Assembly (NCBI RefSeq): GCF_009914755.1
Contig: NC_060930.1
Length of the DNA: 64,000 bases
Strand: one strand, 5' to 3'
Source of the DNA: the human T2T-CHM13v2.0 reference genome, Homo sapiens
How positions within the stretch are numbered: the first letter of the stretch is position 1; each line of letters begins with the position of its first letter. A model generated the notes under the pieces. It saw only the letters and a program-made list of their open reading frames with translations. It was not told the DNA's origin and made no database searches. Below are positions 44,201 through 64,000 of this stretch, in pieces. Position numbers and translations under genes: made by a program.

Positions 44201-47200
44201 GTGGGGGCGGGGGATGTACAGACTCCTTTGAGAAGCTAATGAAAAGTTATCATCGCCTATCATCTCCCCTTCCTATTCCCTCCCCCATACCTTCACATAC
44301 ACTTTACATTTTTGTTTACAGTTCTGGAGAATCATGAATCTTCTGAAGTCAAATATCCATTGTTGGATGGCTGGACAAACAAAATGTAGTATATACTACA
44401 ATATACCTTCTCCCCTAACGGCTGAGAAGAGAACATCTCTCTCTAGGGGATCCTCTAGCCACAAATGTGGAAGCCTCCTCACCTGTCAGTTTTATTCTCC
44501 CTTTGGGGTTCCCTTACATGCACGCTCACCTGATGGCGGGTGTTGTACACCTTCTCCGCTGCTATTGTGAAGGGCATGTGCAGCAGAGAAAGGAGGGTGA
44601 GTCGAGGCGATATGCTGAGCATGAAGCCATACAGCCCCACCACTTTCACCAGGCTTCGCAAGAGCACATTGGCATTTAAAGGAAGCCAGTTACTCATCAG
44701 GGTGGTATCCGAGCTCAGCCGTGAGTTCAGCTCCCCTAAGAAGGACAGAGCAGGTGAGGAAAAAGGAAACCATGTGTACTGCAGGGCCCCCAGAAACTCC
44801 CTCCTGACCGTTCCCTCTGACACAGCCCCCTCCTCTGAACATCCTCCTTCACTTGCAGAGGGACAGTGGAGGCTGCTTCTCCACCCTGTCCCAAACAAGA
44901 GAAAAGCATCCCCAGGTCCTGGCATACGGGTGAAGGCAGGAGGAGAGGCTGTGGGTGGAAGGTCACTGAGGGGCAAGGGATGTCCATGGGAATCTCAGAC
45001 CTGGACTCCAGGCCCCACCTGTCTTAGTCTCCTGGAAGAAACCGAGGTCCTGGCGCAGCAGGGAGGAGAAAAGCTGCTCCCGGATCCGCAAGTTGATTCG
45101 AGACATGGTGTAGGTGAAGCAGCCTCCTCGGCAGCCTGCAGACAGTGAGCTGTGGGGTAGGAGAATAAGAGGGGGGGGAGATGCAGAGAAGGAGCAAGCC
45201 AGCGGGTGAAACAGAGGAGCAAGCCAGGAGTGCAGAGAAGCGCAAAGTCAGGGGAAAGCATGCCAGGAGGGGCAAAAGAGAAAGAAATGAGAGACAGACA
45301 CACAGAGAGAGAAGAGGTAAGGAATACACAGAGGAAGAAGAAAGAGGAGACATGGTGAGCTAGATGTGAGAACAAAATCATAACATGTACAAATTTACAA
45401 GTATTTATGGAGTGCACTCTGTACTAGACACAATAGAAGACTACAATAGAAGGGAAAAGATATTGTGAAAACAAGTATCCCAGTGCTTGCTTCTGTCCCA
45501 GCGTCCCTCAGGCTTGTCCCTCTGTGCGTCTCCTCCGCCTTGGTCTCCTTCCTGCCCCATACCCAAAGCCCTTCTCTGTCATCATAGATACTTCATCATG
45601 GGAACTGCAATAATAAATTCCCTGCCCCCACAATTCTCTGGAGCCCCAGAGTCATGTGATTCCCATCTTTCATCCTTCGAGTTGGAAAATCCCTCTTAGA
45701 CCAACTACATGCTACAGTAACACTTAGAGGAAAAAATATAAAGCATAAAAGCATGTATTTTACAAAATATATGTTTCTAATACAAATTTAGTTACCATAT
45801 TGAAGAGGCGTTTGGGAGAGTCAGACATGATATAATGAGGGTTTGTACTTTAATGACAGGGATGTGTTCTGAGAAATGTGTCATTAGATGGTTTCATTGT
45901 TGTATGAACATCATAGAGTGTACTTACACAAACCTAGATGTCATAGCCTACTGCACACCTAGGCCATGTAGTTTAGCCTATTGCTCCTAGGCTACAAATC
46001 TGTACAACATATGACTGCACCTAACACTGTGGGCGACTGTAACACAGAAGTAAGTATTTGTGTATCTAAACATAGAAAAGGTACAGTAAAAATATGGTAT
46101 TATAATCTTGTGGGTCCACCATCTTATATGTGGCCCATCATTGACCTAAACATCGTTATGCAGTGCACAACTGTAGTTTCAGCAGAAAGCAGCCAGGATG
46201 GAATGAAGGCACAATGAAATGGTTTTCGAGGGTACTCTAAATTAAGTATGACCATAAAAATAGAGACAATCAGGCCGGCTGGGATTTGGGTAAGGTGAGT
46301 GCACACCTCCTTAAACTTTGCACCCCAGGTGCCTCGCTCACCTCATCCCAGTCCCAGCCTTATCAAACAGTTTGTTTGTTTGAGTATGTCTAGAAAAAGA
46401 AAGGAAAGCAAGTGAAGGGAAAAGAGTAATGATTCTGGAAAGAAAGGTGATAAGCCTCAGAGTAAGATCTTCAGGGATTAGCAAGATGAGCTGGGAAAGA
46501 AGAGTGAGAGGGAGAAGCATACCCATCCTGAGAGAGTGACCCTGGAGAGATACTTTGGAGACAGACTTAGGGGTAGGAGGTAGGAGGCAGAAAGAAATGG
46601 AATTTCATGGACCTAGGAATGTTGAGAGACAACTGAGAGACATTCCACCTGAGACTTAAATTCCTTTTGTACTACCTTCACTCATAACTTGTTCCTATAA
46701 TAAGATCAGATAAACTTTGAAGATATTGGATGAATATGAACGAAGGAAGAAATGAATGGATAGATGAAACAGAATGGTGACTACATTCACCATATTTTAG
46801 TTTAAGTATTTTTGTGTTTTGCGCCTGAAAGGGCCTAGAAATGGAGTTAGGGAAGTGAAGACCCCTATAAAGATTTGGGGCTAGCAAATGGACCCAGCTG
46901 CCCACCACCTACCTGCCAAAGGAGAAGAGGCACATGAAGAAGATGGCACTGGCAAAGGCATGGGGGTCAAAATCACCTCCCAGGATGTCAATCACACGAC
47001 CAGAATAGTGAGGGATTAATGTCTCACCTGAAAGAGGCATGAAAAATAACACAAGAATGTGCTGGTGCGCAGGCCCTTTTACCACCTCCAACTCACAACG
47101 TCCTCTCCTGACTCACCCAAAACAGCAAGGACAAGGAAGAAGAAGGCGGCAACGAGGAGAGGCAGGTCCGGCCTGGAGAGCTTCAGCAGCCTCCACATCA

Positions 47201-47609
47201 AGACTTTGTTGTTCACCTGGTCCTGCTCCTTCTCCTGGGCTCCAGGAGGGCTCAGAACAGCCCACAGTGACCAGCTGAGCCCCGCAGCCCCGTACCCCAC
47301 CAGCAGCCAGCTCCAAGGGGCTGAAGCGACTCTGGCTGGGGGAGCACGTGAGGCCCCCGCGACCAGGGCTCTCAGGGAGACAGTCAGGGGGGTGGCCAGA
47401 CAGAGCGGGAGCAGCAGTGTCCCCACAAATCCCAGCAGCCCTCTTAGCTTTAGCAGCCCCCACAGCCCTCCCAGCCGCAGGGTCCCCTCCAGCCATAGTC
47501 CTGGCAGCCCTTGAGGAAGCAAAGTCCCCAGAGGGCCCTGAAGCAGCCACAGTAAAGCCGCGTCCACCAGCAGCAGGGAGGTCCAGGGTCTCAGGTCAGG
47601 GAGCCGCAT
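38281..47609 (-). CDS. TAP2: Antigen peptide transporter 2 (ABCB3), 686-aa allele
   Basis: Coding exons 47117-47609, 46913-47027, 45019-45149, 44530-44735, 42002-42199, 41708-41836, 39993-40181, 39642-39815, 39305-39464, 38775-38911, 38281-38409 = 2061 nt = 686 aa + TAG. Motifs: Walker A GPNGSGKS, signature LAAGQ, Walker B ILDE, switch IAHR. Residues V379, A565, R651, T665 and stop687 are TAP2*01:01-like. Confidence 0.99.
40760..41590 (+). mobile_element. L1MC-like 3' fragment with (GGAT)n(AGAT)n(AGAC)n microsatellite at 41100-41164
   Basis: actgaaatatttacagatgaa...ggatttgcttcagaataat. Confidence 0.7.
42530..44065 (+). mobile_element. L1MB 3' end in a TAP2 intron
   Basis: ORF2 C-terminal region and 3'UTR ending ttttaccacaat with an A-rich tail. 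Confidence 0.88.
43110..43455 (+). mobile_element. THE1-type solo LTR nested in L1MB
   Basis: TG...CA termini with a perfect 5-bp TSD TGGTT (43105-43109 and 43456-43460). Confidence 0.92.
45848..46173. mobile_element. Tigger3/MER7-like DNA transposon
   Basis: gttctgagaaatgtgtc...acacaaacctagatg...actgta. Confidence 0.8.
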
Positions 47610-48025
47610 GGCTCTGTCAACGGATACGAGATGAGAAATCATGGGGGTGGAGTCCCAATCCTTGTCCCTGCCCTCCTACCCGCCCGGCTCCGCCTAACCC
47701 GTCCATCGGCTTCTCATTTCATCCTATTCAACCCTGAGAGCTCTCCTGAGTAACCGGTGCTCATCCGTACACCCCTCCTACGACAGACAGCTTTCGGCCT
47801 TCTGGGGAGCTGGAAGCATGACCATCAGGAGCCTCGTGCTTAAAAAAAAAAAAAAATCCCCGGACCCCCACCCCCACCCCCGCCTGCCGCGGCGAGCTAA
47901 GTGGTCCGGGCTCCGCTCCCTCCTATCGCCGGGTGCAGAGGGACTGGGAAGCAGGAGCGTGGAGTGGGTAGTCACTTGGGCTGCGTTCCTGTTGGCGCTC
48001 CAGGTTCCCCTCCGCACCAACTCAC

Positions 48026-48140
48026 CAGCCGCGGCGGGGAGACCGCAGCTCCGGGGGCTTCTGCTTCAGCGCTGAGGTCCGCTCCGTCTCTCCCAACCTC
48101 GCTACCGGCTCTGGTCCGCCAGCTACGCTCGGCCAGGGCG
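48026..48140 (-). other. TAP2: TAP2 non-coding exon 1 (5' end approximate)
   Basis: GTGAG donor (plus ctcac 48021-48025) inside the CpG island. The exon 2 acceptor lies 4 nt before the ATG (47613). Confidence 0.75.
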
Positions 48141-48159
48141 GGCGTCAGGGCTCGGGCAG

Positions 48160-48176
48160 CTTTCGCTTTCGTTTCC
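48160..48176 (-). promoter_or_regulatory. TAP2: TAP2 promoter ISRE/IRF element
   Basis: Minus-strand GAAACGAAAGCGAAAG (tandem GAAA) next to a GC box in the CpG island at about 47300-48300. Confidence 0.85.
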
Positions 48177-48497
48177 CCAACCAAGGCCTTCATTCTGGGC
48201 TGGGCCGCCGGGAGGGGGCGCGCGAGACCCGCAGACAGCGGAACTGGAGCCCGAACTCTGGTTCGCACTGTACAGGCCTGCAATGAGTCTCACTCGCCTT
48301 TAGTGGCGGTTACTCTGGGATATAAAACTGCAAAAATGTTTCTTTATCATTAAGTAAAATACAGTTGTCTCAAGGGCAACTGTATCTGTTGTCCTTGCTT
48401 TGTAATTGGAGAATGCTTTGTAATTGGAGAATCACTGAATTTTCTCAAAGTTACTACTTCAAGCTCTGAGCCTACTATTAAGAAGTGCCTTCTTTCT

Positions 48498-48795
48498 GGT
48501 CCGGCGCGGTGGCTCACGCCTGTAATCACAGCACTTTGGGAGGCTGAGGCGGGCGGATCGCCTGAGGTCAGGGGTTCGAGACCAGCCTGGCCAACATGGT
48601 GAAACCCTGTCTCTACTAAAAATACAAAAATTAGCCAGGGCGTGGTGGCGGACGCCTGTAATCCCAGCTACTCGGGAGGCTGAGGCAGGGGAATCGCTTG
48701 AACTCAGGAGGCAGAGGTTTCAGTGAGCCGAGATCGGGTCATTGCACTCCAGCCTGGGCGACAAGAGTGAGACTTCGTCTAAAAAAAAAAAAAAA
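48498..48795 (+). mobile_element. AluSx-like upstream of TAP2
   Basis: Full-length, with TSD AAGTGCC(T/C)TCTT. Confidence 0.95.
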
Positions 48796-50109
48796 GTGCC
48801 CTCTTCCATGCAAGCTCCAGTTTTAGGCGAGCGAGCCGGGCTCTCCTAAATAGAAGGTTCCAACCAATCTCACCAGGCCAAAGGGGATTTTCACGTACAG
48901 ACTTTGAATTTAGTAGGCCCTGAGCGTTCATCTTCATCCGTCCTTCTCAGCCGGAGCACCTTGAGCTGGCGCGTGTTCAGGTGCCTCTGAGTCTGTACTC
49001 CAAATTATGTTGGGCGCACCTTCAGCCTATGAGGGAAATGCCCGGTACTGGGCTTTGGTTCTTGTTCTATTTTAACACTGTTTAGAACAGTAATTAGGTT
49101 TTTAAATATCCTTCCTGTCCCAGAGCCTTCCTATGCAACAGAAAGATTCGTTTATTCCAGAAAGGACTCTTCAGATTGAAACCACCTCCCAAACTAAAAA
49201 CAAACAAACAAACAAATTCCCCAAAGGAAGGGTCGCTTGGATTCCAGATCACCATTTTGAAATGTTACCTGTGTGACTACCAAGGAGTCACTTAAAGTTT
49301 AAAATAGTGGTGGTGGGGAGGAGGGATTTTAAGTAGGGGCTCGCTAAAGTTTTACAACTCTATTCATTCTGGCATTTTAAGAATCTCTCTCTAATGAAAA
49401 AAGCTCCATGCTCAAGCTCATGCTCCTACTTTCAAGCATTTGTTTCCTTTATTTTCTGGAAAGTGACATGGTCCATAGTTCCAGCATGATTCCGAAAATC
49501 TCATGATGTGTGTCTCTTTCTTCTAACCTGGATCTTTTACATTTTCCCCACACTCCTCACTTAGGGGAGTCCTCCTGATCTCTTCTTCCTCTAAAATTAT
49601 AGTCCTGCCATCTTGCAATTCAGCATGACACATCATGAAATTAGACCCTTAATGTCTGTCTTTATATTCAATATCCAATATCTCCAAAGTGTTATTTGGG
49701 ATAAATGGTATGGTGTTTATATGATTACCATATTAAAGTGAAGTGGAAGCTTTTTCATCCTACTCTATAAAGTCAAAAACAGTTATCCTAGGTGCCCTAC
49801 TCCCTGTTCCTCAAACCATTAACAATGGAGCACACAGGAGTCCCCAGGTGCCTCTCTATGGAAAGGACCCTAACCTATGTGAAATTGCAAACAAGTGTCC
49901 ATGGACAGCAATGAGCAGCCTTCCTGAGGTCTTGGAGAGATGAGTGTGGAAGGAAACCCCAGGAAGAACTATGTGGTGAGGCCACATTTCTTAGATAGGG
50001 GTCTGAGCCCCTTCTCCAGAAAAAGCGTCTCTTTACTTTCTGCCCCACCCAACAACCACAGGCCCAACCCCATTCAGCCACAAGACAGAGGTATTTATAA
50101 CCGTTTTTC

Positions 50110-50115
50110 TTTATT
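50110..50115 (-). terminator. PSMB8: PSMB8 polyadenylation signal
   Basis: Plus-strand tttatt about 220 nt after the stop codon. Confidence 0.8.
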
Positions 50116-50333
50116 CTACTTAGTGGGGCACCCAGAAACTTCCCTGGGGGAAATGCTTGTTCAAATAGAGAACACGCAGAAGATGCACTTCACCGGCCTC
50201 CTCTGGCTGCTGAGCCCGTACTCTCTCTTTGGCTCAGGCTAGGCCTCTTCTTCTCCTTGGACTTAACGTGGCTTAGGTCCCTGAGTCGGCCAAGACCTCC
50301 CAGAGGAGACCTGCCCAGCTGCCACCACCACCA

Positions 50334-53371
<3,038 letters not shown>

Positions 53372-53412
53372 GACCGCCCAGCACCCAGAGATCTGTCCGC
53401 TCTCGGAGGAGG

Positions 53413-53428
53413 AAGTGAAAGCGAAAGC
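53413..53428 (+). promoter_or_regulatory. PSMB8: PSMB8 ISRE/IRF element
   Basis: AAGTGAAAGCGAAAGC about 45 nt upstream of the E2 ATG. Confidence 0.85.
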
Positions 53429-53653
53429 CACAGATCGAAGGGGAGGGAACAAGACTCTTTTCCACATCCCCCTGCCTTTTCCGAGAAAAGGACAGTTAGT
53501 GCCTGGACCAGGACCATCACACTGGGGACCGGCTTCTCTGCTCTCCCGTTATGGGGGTCGGGGGAATGATGGGTCAAGGGTCTTCCGAAGAAAGCGAGAA
53601 AGGAACAGGCGCCTTCAAAAGCCCACTTGGCGATGGGTTACAGTAAGAGGTAC

Positions 53654-53788
53654 CTCCAGGCCCGGGCATCCGCTGGAAACAGGGGTGGGTAGGGTCGTGT
53701 CATCTAAAGGCGCAGCTTCAACCAGAAGACTAGAAGTCAGCCAGGAGCTGGGAGTAGTGTCACGCGGGGTGGGGGTTCCTATGAGCAT
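53654..53788 (-). CDS. PSMB8: PSMB8 alternative first coding exon (E1 propeptide MLIGTPTPRDTTPSSWL...PGLE)
   Basis: ATG at 53788, 45 codons, phase-0 donor GTACCT that is in frame with exon 52317-52464 (272-aa isoform). Confidence 0.92.
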
Positions 53789-54597
53789 CACTTTACAAAA
53801 CCAGGAGGGACGGAAGTGCGAGGGGGCAGAGTCTTGGAAACAGGTCCTGGGCCAACTGCAACAGAATATACCCGCCGCGTGTAGGGGAAGGCGGCGCCAG
53901 GGAGAGGGCGCAGTCTCTGAATCTTTCCACGGGGTCCATCCTAGGGCCCCTCCAGGTTCAACGGTCTCCTAACCTGTAGTCACCCACAAGAGCGTGCCCT
54001 TTCTGCCCGCCCTTCCTAGCGTTGCTCCCTGCTTGGCTGAGCACTGCGGAGTTTCACGCCTCTAAACCCCGCCTCTTCTTGCAACCTGTGTTGGCCTCAT
54101 CTACCCAGCAACTGTCGACGTCACACGACCTGGGCCTCCCTGAATGGGAGATATTTACTAGGCAATCCCGCCTACTGTTCTGAGGTTTCCCCTCCAGGTG
54201 CAGCTTCAGAGCCAGGCGAGCCAGGAAGGACCAGCGGGCGAGGTGGTGAGTTGTGAGGCGCGCCCAGTCCCTCTGTTCCCGCCTGGCACTTGCTCTGGCC
54301 GCGCCCGCCCCATCTGCCACTTCGGAGAGGCCACGGCTCTGAGCTGCGGCCGCTAGTGCCCTGATGGGCCCTGTGGCTGGGGTCTTGCACATTCTTGGGG
54401 GTGGGCCTAAGGGGATAGGGGAAGTGGAAGGGGCCTCATAGGAATTAAAAAGCTTAAGGGAAAAGGTGATGCAGTTAGGGGGTAAAACATTGAGGATGAT
54501 AAAAGAGGAGACACCCGCAGCTGAAAAGTGCGCTGCAAAAGGCAGTGGGCCGTTTGGTGTGCCGGAAACATAAGAAACCACAGTACAAAACACCAAT

Positions 54598-54603
54598 TTT
54601 ATT
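54598..54603 (-). terminator. TAP1: TAP1 polyadenylation signal
   Basis: Plus-strand tttatt about 350 nt after the stop codon. Confidence 0.8.
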
Positions 54604-54953
54604 ATAAATATCAAGAACCTACAGGGTGTTTATGGGCCAGCATATGCCTTCAGTTATGTTGAAAATAGCTGATCATCTTTCCGTACATTCTGAACATTTC
54701 TCAGTTTCAGAGTGCTGGCCACACCAAAGCATCAGCCCTGGCTCTAAACTCCGTTACAGTAAGGAATTACAAATCCTGTGTTTGTACTCCAGGAAGTCTG
54801 CATTATCACGAGGAGCTTGGAAAGGAGGTAACACACTCAAGGCAAATTTCAAGTAACTCATCCTGGAGGCAGCTGCCTACTCTGCAGCTGTGGTTCTCCA
54901 CCACAGAGAGAAGAAAAGGGAGGGAGATGGAGTGCGCAGGTCTGAGAAGGCTT

Positions 54954-63604
<8,651 letters not shown>

Positions 63605-63664
63605 ATGCTGCGGGCGGGAGCACCAACCGGGGACTTACCCCGGGCGGGAGAAGTCCACACCGGG
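63605..63664 (+). CDS. PSMB9: Immunoproteasome subunit beta-1i (LMP2) exon 1, the propeptide; gene continues beyond the window
   Basis: MLRAGAPTGDLPRAGEVHTG (20 codons) followed by a GTAATG donor at 63665. Confidence 0.97.
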
Positions 63665-64000
63665 GTAATGGGTCTGGGCTTGAGGGTTGGCAGAGGGGTG
63701 GAGGAGATGCAGCGGCCAGGGGACCCTGGAAGCGCGCGCGGAGAAGTGAATGCAGAGACCAACGGGAGCGCAGGGAGGTCGCCTGTAGCAGCCAGCGCTT
63801 GCAACCCGCAATGAGCATAGAGTATTTCTTTTCTGAGGGGGGTCGTCTAGAGTGTCCGTGAAGGGAACAGGCACGCGAGGCTGGTGGAAAAAGCGGGTGC
63901 TTTGACTCTTAGCTGGAAGCGTCAACGGGAAGCTACTCTAAAGCGCTTTCGCTTTCACTCTGGTCCCGGACAGTGGGGGCTGGTTAAATCAAGAAAGGGG

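Noticed and set aside
44540-45148. 202-aa plus-strand ORF
   Set aside because: Antisense to TAP2 exons; codon-bias shadow.

Overview
This is human genomic DNA from the MHC class II region (6p21.3), running from the DQB2-DOB intergenic interval to the start of PSMB9. It holds complete minus-strand HLA-DOB (6 exons, 273 aa), TAP2 (686-aa short allele, plus the distal TAP2iso terminal exon), PSMB8/LMP7 (two alternative first exons) and TAP1 (11 exons). It also holds the 593-bp TAP1/PSMB9 bidirectional promoter and plus-strand PSMB9 exon 1. I assembled all exons by hand with GT-AG boundaries, and they give intact reading frames. The haplotype differs from the reference proteins as I recall them (DOB Gln18, PSMB8 Lys49, TAP2iso Phe647). 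The first 22 kb is mostly nested transposon debris (L1, Alu, MaLR/ERV LTRs, Tigger, Charlie, L2, MIR) plus a unique-sequence regulatory island near 7.5-8.1 kb. The locus is very well studied and I cannot support a wholly new biological system. The best leads are: (1) a consensus 3' splice site 1 nt upstream of the DOB ATG that could route TAP2 read-through transcripts into DOB and skip two small uORFs; (2) an 80-bp perfectly identical Walker A tract shared by TAP1 and TAP2, suggesting gene conversion; (3) a possible decayed class II beta leader exon at about 5.5 kb; (4) the intergenic CTCF/bZIP/ETS module. Repeat subfamily names and reference alleles are from recall, not a database search.
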